The translations under genes and the position numbers were made by a program. From Dehalococcoidia bacterium (GTDB lineage Bacteria > Chloroflexota > Dehalococcoidia > GIF9 > AB-539-J10), in contig PWUU01000039.1 of NCBI GenBank assembly GCA_003562475.1, forward strand, positions 89-64,088: DNA of 64,000 nt, read 5' to 3'. Every line of letters begins with the position of its first letter. The first letter of the stretch is position 1. The notes under the pieces were generated by a model. It worked only from the letters and a program-made list of their open reading frames with translations, was not told the origin of the DNA and ran no database searches. Shown piece after piece: positions 26,412 to 36,592 of this stretch.

Positions 26412-27569
26412 ATGGAATTCTGGGGCTATCCTCGAGACAACGGTACCGCAGGCACAAGGAACTACATCGGTGTCATCGCCAGTGCCGCGTGTGCCAACGA
26501 TCCGGCGATGTGGATATCGAATGCCGTCGAGGACGCAAAGCTGTTCACACACAAGCAGGCTTGTGGCCTCATCTCTCCCGACAAAGAGGTCGTCGAGCGC
26601 ACACTTGTGAATCTCGGCAAGAATCCTAACCTCTACGGAGTTCTTATCGTCGGACCTGACTGCGCAGACTCAGATCCAGACGGGATTGCAGGCCGAATCG
26701 CTGAGGCAGGCAAGCCTGTCGACGTGTGCAAAGTGCACACTGAAGGTGGCGTCATGGTCGCTGTCCAACGTGGCATCGACACCGTACGAAAGATGACTGC
26801 CGACGCCACACGCATCCGCAGAGAGCCGATGCCCTTGTCCAAACTGCGCCATGGCGTGGAATGCGGTGGCTCGACTCCCCTCTCAGGCGCCGTCACAAAC
26901 GCCGCACAGGGACATGCACTCGACCTTGTCATCAGGCATGGTGGCAATGGCGGGTTCAGCGAGACAACAGAGATTATCGGTGCAGAGCATCTTCTCGCGG
27001 CCCGGGCCATCAATGACGAGGTTGGGCAGAAGATGCTCAAGGTCGTGCACGATTTTGAGGCATGGCTCATGAGAGCTGGTCTCGATTTTCTCCAGGCAAA
27101 TCCTGATAGACAGAACGTCGAGGACGGAATCAGTTCCATTGAAGAAAAAGCTCTCGGAGCCATGCACAAGGGCGGGACTACTCCTCTAACAGAGGTGGTA
27201 GATTACGCCGAGATACCCGAGGGCAAGGGCATGTGGTTCATGAACACGCCGGGCAACGACCTGATGTCGGTCACCGGCCTCGCAGCAGGGGGCTGCAATA
27301 TCATTACGTATTCCACGGAAGGAGCTGCGCCATACGGCTTCCCCTGGGTGCCCGTCATCAAGCTCACGGCTCGTAAGGACCACTTCAGGAAGTTCCCGGA
27401 CCTACTCGACTACCTGGTGGACATCGACCAGGCCATCCTCAACGTTGACGCCGTAGCTGAAGATCTCTTCAAGCTCATGCTGGAGGTCGCCAACGGGCGC
27501 AAGGTGCAGAGTGAGATTCTCGGCTACACCTGTGCGCAGGATATCTGGAGGGTCGTACCGGCTACGTAG
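26412..27569 (+). CDS. UxaA/GarD-family dehydratase, large (C-terminal) subunit
   Basis: ATG at 26412 lies 8 nt after AAAGGAG, which overlaps the upstream stop codon. The N-terminus is WGYPRDNGTAGTRNYIGVI. Confidence 0.8.
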   Translation: MEFWGYPRDNGTAGTRNYIGVIASAACANDPAMWISNAVEDAKLFTHKQACGLISPDKEVVERTLVNLGKNPNLYGVLIVGPDCADSDPDGIAGRIAEAGKPVDVCKVHTEGGVMVAVQRGIDTVRKMTADATRIRREPMPLSKLRHGVECGGSTPLSGAVTNAAQGHALDLVIRHGGNGGFSETTEIIGAEHLLAARAINDEVGQKMLKVVHDFEAWLMRAGLDFLQANPDRQNVEDGISSIEEKALGAMHKGGTTPLTEVVDYAEIPEGKGMWFMNTPGNDLMSVTGLAAGGCNIITYSTEGAAPYGFPWVPVIKLTARKDHFRKFPDLLDYLVDIDQAILNVDAVAEDLFKLMLEVANGRKVQSEILGYTCAQDIWRVVPAT

Positions 27570-27599
27570 ACCCACAGGCGGCGGTACCGCGAGTACAAT

Positions 27600-27629
27600 G
27601 CGAGGCGACCGCTCCAGAGGTCGCCTCGC
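27600..27629. terminator. bidirectional hairpin terminator
   Basis: GCGAGGCGACC-GCTCCAGA-GGTCGCCTCGC, an 11-bp stem between convergent genes. Confidence 0.55.
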
Positions 27630-27648
27630 ACACCAATTCGTCTCGCTC

Positions 27649-28050
27649 CTACACCAAACCCCAGTCACGATATCCTTCGCGTATTGCCGCCAGATATTGC
27701 TGCGAAGGAGGATTCTCCGGGTCTCTGTCCTTCTTGTAGTAGGTCACCGCCTCGACCGCTTCTCCCAGGTCGTTGAACACAATCACGTTCATACGGTCAT
27801 ATTCGGCCGGGTAGCCTTCGTAACGATCGAGTGCACGCAGGCAGGCTGCATCGATCTCGTACACCCCGCCAAGAACCTGCTCACCTTTCTGAAGCCGAAT
27901 GGTCGCGGTTCCACCACCCCGAGACCTCGACCCACCGGTGAAAATGAGTGTCCAGTTCGGCAGCCGCGCACTGAAAAGACGTCTCGCCTGCGGACACCGC
28001 TGCTTCATCTGCCGCAGGCTCAGATTGGATCCGTAAGCGAAGTACTTCAT
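27649..28050 (-). CDS. gamma-glutamylcyclotransferase (AIG2/GGCT-like) family protein
   Basis: The N-terminus YFAYGSNL...M..RCP and the motif YE...LD..EG.P..Y fit the family. Confidence 0.8.
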   Translation of the reverse strand: MKYFAYGSNLSLRQMKQRCPQARRLFSARLPNWTLIFTGGSRSRGGGTATIRLQKGEQVLGGVYEIDAACLRALDRYEGYPAEYDRMNVIVFNDLGEAVEAVTYYKKDRDPENPPSQQYLAAIREGYRDWGLV

Positions 28051-28119
28051 GACGCCGCATCTCTCGAACCAGTCGCAACAAAGCTCATCTTCTCCAACGG
28101 TTGTCTCATCGCAACCTCG

Positions 28120-28419
28120 TCAGCACTGCAGCTTGTCCGTGATCTTGGCGAATTCCTCCATGGGAATCACCGTCCACGTCTCCGTCTGAATAGCAGGGTC
28201 CAGGTATGAAATGGAAAGGGGCACACTCGCGGCCTTCTCTTCATTCGGAGCTTCATACACGAACGCCATGTCGTACGGCCCCAGGATGCCATACGCGCCC
28301 ATCAGCTTAATCCCAAGCCCTTCGATCCGCTTCGCGCTGTCCTGCCACTCCTTGCAGAAACTGGAGATGCCCCTCGCCTCCTGGTGCGTGAATTTCACCA
28401 TCGTCATGTACATCGCCAT
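28120..28419 (-). CDS. GYD domain-containing protein
   Basis: 99 aa. RBS GGAGG upstream. Contains ...G.YD......AP. Confidence 0.7.
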   Translation of the reverse strand: MAMYMTMVKFTHQEARGISSFCKEWQDSAKRIEGLGIKLMGAYGILGPYDMAFVYEAPNEEKAASVPLSISYLDPAIQTETWTVIPMEEFAKITDKLQC

Positions 28420-28545
28420 TGTCGAATCCTCCTCTCGCTCCTTCCCTTACCATCTCATGCCGAAACAGTCTGCCGCCTTAAGACGCAGTCGAAAACGACT
28501 GGCAGCCACCTCGCCGCCACATGGTACCTGAATGAGCCCGCTGCT

Positions 28546-28683
28546 CTATCTGGAAAGGATCGCTATCAGGCCAACGAGGATCAGGTAAATCCCCACGAGG
28601 TAGTTCAGAATCTTGGGGAATATCATCACTATGATGCCAAATACCAGACTCGCCACACCAAACAGTAGACTCGCTCCAGGCAT
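28546..28683 (-). CDS. small membrane protein (DUF3096-like, 45 aa)
   Basis: The ATG at 28683 is preceded by GGAGG. The sequence has two hydrophobic helices (VFGIIVMIFPKILNYLVGIYLILVGLIAI). It fills the gap before the ROK gene stop. Confidence 0.5.
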   Translation of the reverse strand: MPGASLLFGVASLVFGIIVMIFPKILNYLVGIYLILVGLIAILSR

Positions 28684-28756
28684 CTCTTCTACCTCCTCTT
28701 CAATTACTGCAGCTATTGTGCCAGAAGCCTCACCGCCAGACAACGAGAACGCCGCA

Positions 28757-29746
28757 TCACCAGGAATACAATATGTCGCCACGCGCCAGCGCCGCAGCAC
28801 CAAGCAATGGCGACTCGTCGCCCAAACGCGCCGTCATTATCTCGATGTCACAAGCAGAGGTGACGTATGCACGCTCCCGGGCGACTCTTTCCGCCGGTTC
28901 AAGTAACATGGGACCGATCTTCGTCAGGCCGCCACCGAGCACGACCACGGACGGATTGAAGATATTGATGAGGTTGCCAAGCCCTACCCCTATATAGAAT
29001 GCGGTGAGGTCGATCACTTCCTTCGCCAGGCTGTCTCCCTGCTGTGCCGCGATCGACACCAATTGGGCATCCACTTTGTCCATGTCGCCGCCGGCCAGAT
29101 CGCCAATGATGCTTGGTTCGCCGTCTTCAAGGCGGCTGACCGTACGCTCAGCGAGTGCCCTCCCGGAGCCCAGGGCTTCCCAGCAACCATTCCTGCCACA
29201 AGGGCACGGCGGGCCATTGACATCTATCGTCATGTGACCCACCTCGCCGCCTGCGCCACAGGCCCCCTCCAGAACCCGACCTCCTGCGATGATGCCGCCG
29301 CCTATCCCTGTGCTCACCGTCACATACACGAGATCCTGAACCGCTTTCCGCAGTCCGAACTGCCACTCTCCCAACGCGGCCAGTGTTGCGTCGTTTGCCA
29401 GTTTCACAGGTCGGCCGAAACGCTCAACCAGCATCTCTCTCAACGGCGTCCGCCGCAAAGCCGCCACGTTGGGCGAATGCACAACAACACCATCGCGGTT
29501 ATTGATGATGCCGGCACACGAGACGCCAACCGCTGCCATATCACGCAGCTGCGCCCCGAACGATGCCAGCGCCTGAAGGGCAATCCGATCTATTGCGTCG
29601 ACGAGAACAACCTCGTCACTCGAATCAGGACTGTCCCCGCGGGCTCTCGCAAGCACCTCGCCACCCCGGCCTATAACAGCCGCCGCAATCTTGGTGCCAC
29701 CAATATCGATAGTAAGAACTGGTGCCTCTTCTTCATACTTTGTCAT
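28757..29746 (-). CDS. ROK family sugar kinase (glucokinase-like)
   Basis: Contains LTIDIGGTKIAAAV. The ROK zinc motif GH...........C.CG..GC (EVGHMTIDVNGPPCPCGRNGCWE) is present. Confidence 0.8.
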   Translation of the reverse strand: MTKYEEEAPVLTIDIGGTKIAAAVIGRGGEVLARARGDSPDSSDEVVLVDAIDRIALQALASFGAQLRDMAAVGVSCAGIINNRDGVVVHSPNVAALRRTPLREMLVERFGRPVKLANDATLAALGEWQFGLRKAVQDLVYVTVSTGIGGGIIAGGRVLEGACGAGGEVGHMTIDVNGPPCPCGRNGCWEALGSGRALAERTVSRLEDGEPSIIGDLAGGDMDKVDAQLVSIAAQQGDSLAKEVIDLTAFYIGVGLGNLINIFNPSVVVLGGGLTKIGPMLLEPAERVARERAYVTSACDIEIMTARLGDESPLLGAAALARGDILYSW

Positions 29747-29816
29747 GGTTTCTGCATACTACGAGTGCATGTCGCCATTGTCAACGGTGTATGCGAGCAT
29801 CTACAATGAGAGTCCG

Positions 29817-31025
29817 ATGATCAGCTTCGACGAGATGCGCAAGCTGGCCCAGGTGACGCCATCCAAGATCGTCCTCGCCGTGATCGACGGAGTTGGAGGC
29901 CTTCCTCACCATGAGACCGGCAAGACCGAGCTGGAGACAGCTCACAGACCGAACCTGAACAGGGTGGCGAGCGAAGGCATCTGTGGCCTGGCTTATTCAG
30001 TGAGTCCGGGCATTACTCCCGGCAGCGCTCCCGGGCACATGTCACTGTTTGGCTACGATCCTCTCACGTACGGACTTGGCCGCGGCATTGTCGAGGCGCT
30101 CGGCCTTGAGGTTGAAGTGAATCCGGGTGACGTGGTTGCCCGCGGCAACTTCTGCACCATCGACGAGAACGGGCGCATCCTGGACAGGAGGGCAGGACGT
30201 CTCGCAACCGAGAAGACGCACGAGCTGTGTTCCCTTCTCAACGACAGGATCGACGTAGCTGGTGTCGAGATAGAGTGCTTCCCCGGCAAGGAGCATCGCT
30301 TCGTGGTCCGCTTACGCGGCGAGGGGCTATCCGAAAAGGTGGCGGATACCGATCCGCAACACGAGGGCATGGAGCCCCTTCGCGCGCGACCGCTCGATGA
30401 ATCCGCAGATATGACAGCCAGCCTGATAAACGATGCCATCACACAGGCAGGACGCCTGCTGGCAGACAAGCACCCCGCTAACATGCTGCTCTTGAGGGGT
30501 TTCTCACAGCACCCGGATTTCCCGTCGCTCCGTGACATCTTCCACCTTACACCAGCATGTATCGCCACCTATCCAATGTATCGCGGCGTTGCACGAGTTG
30601 TTGGAATGGACATACTGTCGGCAGGTGAGACGCTCCACGACCAGGTTGAAGTTCTCAGCAGGAACTGGGACAGCTATGACTACTTCTTCTTCCACTACAA
30701 GAAGACCGACGCGCGGGGAGAGGACGGTGATTTCGACGCGAAGGTACATGCAGTAGAAGAATTTGACGAGATAGTTCCGTCAATCCTTGCGCTGAATCCC
30801 GACGTGCTCATCGTGACCGCGGATCACTCTACACCGGCCGCGCTGGCGATGCACAGCTGGCACCCGGTGCCGGTAGCACTGTGGGCCAGGTACTGTCGCC
30901 GCGACGAAGTAAAGGAGTTCTCAGAGCCAGCCTGCTTGAGAGGAGGGCTCGGTCAGATTCCTGCGGCCGAACTCATGCCACTGGCGATGGCAAACGCGTT
31001 GAAACTGAACAAGTACGGAGCCTAG
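29817..31025 (+). CDS. apgM: 2,3-bisphosphoglycerate-independent phosphoglycerate mutase, archaeal-type
   Basis: 402 aa from the ATG at 29817. Contains VIDGVGG..., DTDPQ and ADHSTP. Confidence 0.8.
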   Translation: MISFDEMRKLAQVTPSKIVLAVIDGVGGLPHHETGKTELETAHRPNLNRVASEGICGLAYSVSPGITPGSAPGHMSLFGYDPLTYGLGRGIVEALGLEVEVNPGDVVARGNFCTIDENGRILDRRAGRLATEKTHELCSLLNDRIDVAGVEIECFPGKEHRFVVRLRGEGLSEKVADTDPQHEGMEPLRARPLDESADMTASLINDAITQAGRLLADKHPANMLLLRGFSQHPDFPSLRDIFHLTPACIATYPMYRGVARVVGMDILSAGETLHDQVEVLSRNWDSYDYFFFHYKKTDARGEDGDFDAKVHAVEEFDEIVPSILALNPDVLIVTADHSTPAALAMHSWHPVPVALWARYCRRDEVKEFSEPACLRGGLGQIPAAELMPLAMANALKLNKYGA

Positions 31026-33289
31026 CTCTCCGTCTCGGGTCGCTCTTCCTTTCGGTCCTCCTCTCCTTCCATGCCTTCCATCTCCAGCTGTTCCATTATA
31101 CGTGCGGCACGAGGGTAACCGATACGAAGTCGGCGCTGTAGAAAAGAAGCGGATATCTGTGAGTGCTCGCCAGCGAGCTTGCGTGCTTCATCCAGCATCG
31201 GGTCTCCGGACGCCATTCTCTGTCCTGCCCCGCCGAGCCTTTCAACCTCCTGGAGATCGACAATGGCCTTCTCCTGTCGCCGCTGGCCCGACCAGAACTG
31301 CACCAGTCCCTCCATTTCGAAGTCTGAGACAAACGTGCCCTGGAGTCGTTTCGGACGCCCGGCCTCACTTGGCAGATAGAGCATGTCTCCCCGTCCCAGC
31401 AGTTTCTCCGCCCCCACGGTGTCCAGGATAGTGCGAGAATCTACCTGAGAGGTCACCGCAAAGCTGATGCGCGTGGGAAAGTTCGCCTTAATCAGCCCTG
31501 TTACCACGTCGACCGACGGCCGCTGAGTCGCCACAATGAGATGTATGCCCGTTGCTCGTGCCAATTGCGCCAGCCGGCACAGCAAGTGCTCAACCTCATC
31601 GAACGCCGCCATCATCAGGTCGGCGAGTTCGTCCACCAGCAGCACCAGGTACGGCATCGCCTCTCCCGGCGAACGATCCCTGTTGTATGACTCGATGTTA
31701 CGGGCTTTGGCCTTGGCGAACTCACGGTAGCGCCGATCCATCTCCAGATTCAGCCAGCGCAGCACTTTCACCGCCTTGTCGGTCTCCACCACCACCGGAG
31801 CCGCTAAGTGGGGAATCTCGCTGAAAGCCACCAGCTCCACCCGCTTCGGATCCACAAGGAGAACCCGCAGGTCATCCGGGCTGTTGTGCATCAGCAGGCA
31901 GCAAAGAATCGAGTCAAGACAAACGGTCTTGCCGCTACCCGTCGATCCCGCGACGAGAAGGTGTGGCATCCTCGTGAGGTCGCCCACAACTGCCTCTCCC
32001 CCCGCTCCCTTGCCGAGCGCCAGTGCCAGTTTCGTCTTCGCCTGCATCTTCTGGAAAGAGGGACTCTCAATCACATTCCTCAGCGAGACTGACCCAAACA
32101 CAGAATTAGGCACCTCCACACCCACCATCGACTTCCCGGGAATCGGCGCCTCTATACGGATACTGGGAGCTGCCAGCGCAAGCGCAAGGTCATTTGCCAG
32201 AGCCGTTATGCGGTCTACCCGTATCCGGGTGCGCGACACCTCCTCCTGCCGTTCATCTCCCTTCTCATCAACCACCTTCCGGTACTTGCGCGCCCAGCCG
32301 GGTTCCACGCCAAACTGCGTCACCGTGGGACCAGTGTTGATCTGCACAACCTTGGCCTCTACTCCGTAGCTCTGGAGCGCCTCCTCAATCAGACGCGCAC
32401 GCTTATCCACTTCCTCGCGATTGAGTTCCAACTCCCTGGGCTTGTCCAGCACATCCACAGGCGGTATCTGCCAACCGCCCATGGTCACGACCGGCTCGCG
32501 AGACGGTTCGGTTACGGGAGTCGCGGGGAGCGAGGCGGCCTCTGGCTCCTTTCGACCAATTCCGAACGTCCGCTTCTTCTCAGGCAGGATATCGGGGATG
32601 GTATCCGGCGCCTTCATTGACTCGCCACGTTGCTCAGCACCCCGTCGATCTCCCTGCGGAGACGCTGCCTCGGGTAACACCGAGCGACTTGTCCGCCTGT
32701 ATGACTCGGGCCCGTATGCGAGCGCTGCACCCTCTTTCTCATTCCTCGGTCGCGGACGGAACATCCATCGTAGTGTCCTGACGAGAGGTTGTGGAACAAT
32801 GAGAATCACGCCCGCAAGGAGAAGGATGGTCACACGAACCGGTCCCCAGAGTTCCGATGTCCCGAGAATGGCCTGGCCCACCTGGCCACCTAACGTCACT
32901 GTCCAGAATATCGAGCCCGCAGGCCTCACGAGGGCAAGCAAACCCCAGATTCCCACCCCAAGCACGGTAGCCCCCAGAAACACATTCCAGTGCCTCCGCA
33001 ACGGGTCGAACCCCTTCCAGATCAGTCGAATGAGAACACCCAACGCGATTGCCAGCAGAATGATGCCGAGACCAAGTGATATGACGAGTTGTTCCCACAC
33101 TGCGGCGGCCTCCGACATGATGCGTGGGCCGAAGAGCACGGCTCCAACTCCGATGGCAATGACCACTACAAGCCGGAGCACCACTCGAAGCGCCGTACGA
33201 AGCGCAGTGCCGGCGCCCTGTCGTGGTTTCGGCTGGTGCTCGGCCCCTCGAGAGGTCTTCCCTGCTCTCTTACCACGTTTTCTCGCCAT
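31022..33289 (-). CDS. ftsK: DNA translocase FtsK/SpoIIIE
   Basis: Four to five N-terminal transmembrane helices are followed by a linker. The motor domain has the Walker A motif GSTGSGKTV and ...LLVDELADLMM. The C-terminal winged-helix gamma domain is present (FLQRRLRIGYPRAARIMEQLE). Confidence 0.9.
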   Translation of the reverse strand: MARKRGKRAGKTSRGAEHQPKPRQGAGTALRTALRVVLRLVVVIAIGVGAVLFGPRIMSEAAAVWEQLVISLGLGIILLAIALGVLIRLIWKGFDPLRRHWNVFLGATVLGVGIWGLLALVRPAGSIFWTVTLGGQVGQAILGTSELWGPVRVTILLLAGVILIVPQPLVRTLRWMFRPRPRNEKEGAALAYGPESYRRTSRSVLPEAASPQGDRRGAEQRGESMKAPDTIPDILPEKKRTFGIGRKEPEAASLPATPVTEPSREPVVTMGGWQIPPVDVLDKPRELELNREEVDKRARLIEEALQSYGVEAKVVQINTGPTVTQFGVEPGWARKYRKVVDEKGDERQEEVSRTRIRVDRITALANDLALALAAPSIRIEAPIPGKSMVGVEVPNSVFGSVSLRNVIESPSFQKMQAKTKLALALGKGAGGEAVVGDLTRMPHLLVAGSTGSGKTVCLDSILCCLLMHNSPDDLRVLLVDPKRVELVAFSEIPHLAAPVVVETDKAVKVLRWLNLEMDRRYREFAKAKARNIESYNRDRSPGEAMPYLVLLVDELADLMMAAFDEVEHLLCRLAQLARATGIHLIVATQRPSVDVVTGLIKANFPTRISFAVTSQVDSRTILDTVGAEKLLGRGDMLYLPSEAGRPKRLQGTFVSDFEMEGLVQFWSGQRRQEKAIVDLQEVERLGGAGQRMASGDPMLDEARKLAGEHSQISASFLQRRLRIGYPRAARIMEQLEMEGMEGEEDRKEERPETES

Positions 33290-33341
33290 CGATTACGCCC
33301 CGTACACTAAGACTGCGTCCGGCATTCAAAGAACCACGGCT

Positions 33342-35093
33342 TCACAGACCGACGATCACCGGAATAACCACGGGCCTCCTGTGTGTCCTGGAATAGAAGT
33401 ACTTGGAGAGTGCTTCCCTCGCCTGCGTTTCAACTCTGGCCCGATCCCCTGGCGCATGGCGCCCCTCGCCAATAGCAGCAAGAACCGCCTTCTGTGCTCC
33501 GCGAATCATCTCCCCGTTACTCCGCGTATCGACGAAGCCCTTGCTCACTATCAGCGGCTCGTCGATGAGCATACCGTCCTCTGCAGAGAAGACAACAGTG
33601 ACCACCACTACTCCATCACGTGAGAGCAATCTGCGGTCCCGAAGCATATTCAGATCGAGTGCCCCCGTCATCGGGCCACTGGCCACAATGCCTCCTGCGG
33701 CAACCTTGCCAACAACTTTGCCCTTCGTCTCTGTCAACTCCAGCACGTCTCCGTTACGAAGTACAAAGATGTTCTCAAGAGAGACACCCATCTCTGCCGC
33801 CAGCTTTGCATGTTTGGCCAAATGGCGATACTCACCATGAATCGGCACGAAGTACTTCGGCCTGACAAGGTTGAGAATCGTCTTCAGTTCCTCCTCACTT
33901 CCATGCCCATGCACGTGGACTCGAGACATGGAGCCGTACACCACGTTTGCCCCAAGCTGAAACAGGTTGTCGATGGTCCTGCTGACCAGCTCGTCGTTGC
34001 CAGGAATCGGCGTCGCGGACATAATCACCGTATCTCCAGGCACAATACGAACCTGCGGATGCTCTCTGTTCGCCATCCGCACCAGTGCCGACGTCGGTTC
34101 TCCCTGAGTGCCTGTTGTCAGGATAACGACCCTGTCATGCGGAAGGTTGTGTATCTTTTCAAACTTACCCAACGTCTTCGGTGGAATCCGGAGATAGCCG
34201 GCCTCAGAAGCCACTTTCACAATGGCTTCCATCGACCTGCCGGTAATCAGGACACTGCGTTTGCTCTTCGCCGCGATATCGAGAACCTGCTGTATTCTGC
34301 CCACGAGCGACGAGAAGGTCGCAACAATTACTCTGCCGGGCGCGTCAGAGATAATTCGTTCCAGGCTCTCAGCCACAGTGCGCTCGGATGGCGTGTATCC
34401 GGGCAGTTCGACATACGTCGAATCCGACATGAGCAACAATACCTGTCTTGTGCCCAGCAGTGCGAGACTGTGCAGGTCCGTTGGCTGCCCGATAACGGGA
34501 GTGTGATCGAGCTTGAAATCGCCCGTATGCACAACTGTTCCCAATGGCGTGTGGATAATGAGGCCCATGGCATCCGGGATGCTGTGGCACACGGCGAAGA
34601 ACTCGATTGACAGCGAACCCAGTGTGATTCGCTCTCCAGCTGTCACTTCCCGAACGTCCAGCTTGGCCTTTGCGCTCTTCTGCTTTACCTCAATAGCAAT
34701 GAGCCTCGCACTGAGTTTGGACGCATATACCGGGACGTCTAGCGACTGGAGCAGGTACGGCAGAGCACCGATATGGTCCTCGTGTCCGTGGGTAACCACG
34801 ACGCCGCGAACTCTATCGCGATTCTCAAACAGGAAGGTGAAGTCGGGAATGAGAAGATCGACGCCCAGCAGGTCTTCACCTGGAAACATCAGGCCGGCAT
34901 CAATAACGACGATATCATCGCCGGATTCAAGCGCCATCATGTTCTTGCCGATCTCACCCAACCCGCCGAGAGGTATCAGTCGCAGCCGGCGCGCAGCACT
35001 CTTCCTGCGCCCACCACGCCGGCGCGCAGAACTACGTGAAGTCTTCGTACTGCGGGGGAGGTTTGTCCGCGAATTACTATCGGGCATGGCCAT
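33342..35093 (-). CDS. rnj: ribonuclease J
   Basis: The sequence has PLGGLGEIGKNM, the beta-lactamase-fold motif HGHEDHIG and a beta-CASP domain. The N-terminus is Arg/Ser-rich. Confidence 0.9.
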   Translation of the reverse strand: MAMPDSNSRTNLPRSTKTSRSSARRRGGRRKSAARRLRLIPLGGLGEIGKNMMALESGDDIVVIDAGLMFPGEDLLGVDLLIPDFTFLFENRDRVRGVVVTHGHEDHIGALPYLLQSLDVPVYASKLSARLIAIEVKQKSAKAKLDVREVTAGERITLGSLSIEFFAVCHSIPDAMGLIIHTPLGTVVHTGDFKLDHTPVIGQPTDLHSLALLGTRQVLLLMSDSTYVELPGYTPSERTVAESLERIISDAPGRVIVATFSSLVGRIQQVLDIAAKSKRSVLITGRSMEAIVKVASEAGYLRIPPKTLGKFEKIHNLPHDRVVILTTGTQGEPTSALVRMANREHPQVRIVPGDTVIMSATPIPGNDELVSRTIDNLFQLGANVVYGSMSRVHVHGHGSEEELKTILNLVRPKYFVPIHGEYRHLAKHAKLAAEMGVSLENIFVLRNGDVLELTETKGKVVGKVAAGGIVASGPMTGALDLNMLRDRRLLSRDGVVVVTVVFSAEDGMLIDEPLIVSKGFVDTRSNGEMIRGAQKAVLAAIGEGRHAPGDRARVETQAREALSKYFYSRTHRRPVVIPVIVGL

Positions 35094-35095
35094 AT

Positions 35096-35701
35096 CTAGA
35101 AGAGCGTAAGCTGCTGGCCGCCATCATCCTGATGCCCCGACACACATGCACCCTCCAACTCCTTCAATACCTGGGGCAGACGCCGCATATCCGCCTCTAT
35201 CGTGCTCCTCAAGCTGCCCTGGTGAAGCGCCGCAGCCGGATGGTACATGGGGAAGCACACGATGTCGCCGACGTGCCGCGCTTTGCCATGAACCTTGCCG
35301 ATACTGTCGTTCGGCAGGAACCGGGAAAGTGAGACCCGACCCAGCGTAACGACCACTTTGGGATGGATCGCCTCAATCTGACGGTCAAGCCAGGGCTTAC
35401 AGGCACCTATCTCTCCAGGGAGAGGGTCTCGATTGCCTGGAGGACGACACTTGATGACATTGGTGATATAGACATCCTGGCGGGTTAACCCTATCGAGGA
35501 AAGCAGTTCGTCAAGAAAGGCGCCAGCAGCACCGACAAACGGCCGCCCCTCACGATCCTCATTGTACCCGGGAGCCTCGCCAATGAAGATAATGGCGGCA
35601 TCGTCCGCTCCCTCACCAGGCACGACGTGCATTCGATGTTGCGCCAGATCGCACGCGTGACAACTCACCATCTGGCGGCAGAGCTCAGTGAGAGCCGACA
35701 T
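35096..35701 (-). CDS. uracil-DNA glycosylase, family 4
   Basis: Contains C..C.L, GEAPG..ED..G.PFVG.AG and the C-terminal HPAA motif. The stop codon lies 2 nt before the rnj start. Confidence 0.85.
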   Translation of the reverse strand: MSALTELCRQMVSCHACDLAQHRMHVVPGEGADDAAIIFIGEAPGYNEDREGRPFVGAAGAFLDELLSSIGLTRQDVYITNVIKCRPPGNRDPLPGEIGACKPWLDRQIEAIHPKVVVTLGRVSLSRFLPNDSIGKVHGKARHVGDIVCFPMYHPAAALHQGSLRSTIEADMRRLPQVLKELEGACVSGHQDDGGQQLTLF

Positions 35702-35734
35702 TCAAGTTGATAGTATCATCAGGATTAGGAGTGG

Positions 35735-36592
35735 TCAATTGCGACCGAAGTCCTGCCCCTCTTCGTCATCATCGTCGCCTTCCTCCTCCTCCTCTCCCCC
35801 CTGGTCCTGCTCCCATATAGGCTCAGTGAACTGATCGATGTATGCAGCGGTCGCCTGCTTGGAGATGACATCCATCTCGAGTTCCGATTGTCGTGACAAC
35901 CCCTCGAGTTCCTCCGTATCAACCTCGATGCCGATCATCTCGGCAAGCACACTCAGCACGGCAAGCGCTGCCTTTGGATGGATCATTTGCGTCGCGAATC
36001 CAGGCACTTCACCCAACAGGCACAGACCATCAATCCCTCGTTCTTTCGCACGACCCAGAATCAGTCCATTCAGTCCAGCTATTCGAAGAGTGCCCCTGAG
36101 GACTACTTTGTACCTGCTGAACTCTTCGAGCAACTCCGTCCGTGTCGCCACACCCCACACCTTAGTCTCCTCAGAGTAGTGAATCTTTGTGACAGCCGCA
36201 GCACAGCTGAAAACCCGGCTTACACCGAGTTGCTCAGCAGCATCCAATACCGTCTCTACCATCTCGTAGCCCCTGGGCCGCGGCTGCTCTTCTCCAATGA
36301 ACAGCACAATCCCCAGGCTCTTATCCTCTTTCTCCCAGTAGTAGAACTTGCTCTCAGGAAAACGAGGTTCTTCGACCACGTTCTCCCTTACCATGACGCC
36401 CACCGGCTCGAAGAAGTGCACCGGATCTATCTCTCCTATCTCGCGGGCGCCAAGCTTCTCCTTGAGGTAGCGCGCCAGAATGAGCGAAACATTTCCGATG
36501 CCGGGCCACGACGCCAACATCACACAGGTGTCCACCTGTGGCGTCTCAGTCAGACTGATCAACACCCCCTTCTGCCCCTTGCGTTCTCTCAC
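35735..36592 (-). CDS. PAC2 (proteasome assembly chaperone 2-like) family protein with an acidic tail
   Basis: The GTG start overlaps the pmbA stop (GTGA). WPGIGNV and LFIGEEQP are typical of bacterial PAC2/DUF75 proteins. The C-terminal tail is EEEEEGDDDDEE. Family call made by eye. Confidence 0.65.
   Translation of the reverse strand: MRERKGQKGVLISLTETPQVDTCVMLASWPGIGNVSLILARYLKEKLGAREIGEIDPVHFFEPVGVMVRENVVEEPRFPESKFYYWEKEDKSLGIVLFIGEEQPRPRGYEMVETVLDAAEQLGVSRVFSCAAAVTKIHYSEETKVWGVATRTELLEEFSRYKVVLRGTLRIAGLNGLILGRAKERGIDGLCLLGEVPGFATQMIHPKAALAVLSVLAEMIGIEVDTEELEGLSRQSELEMDVISKQATAAYIDQFTEPIWEQDQGGEEEEEGDDDDEEGQDFGRN

Noticed and set aside
31022-31025. Convergent apgM and ftsK genes overlap through the palindrome CTAG, which is a TAG stop on both strands.
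   Set aside because: The overlap is real, but it is a trivial consequence of a compact genome and needs no functional explanation.
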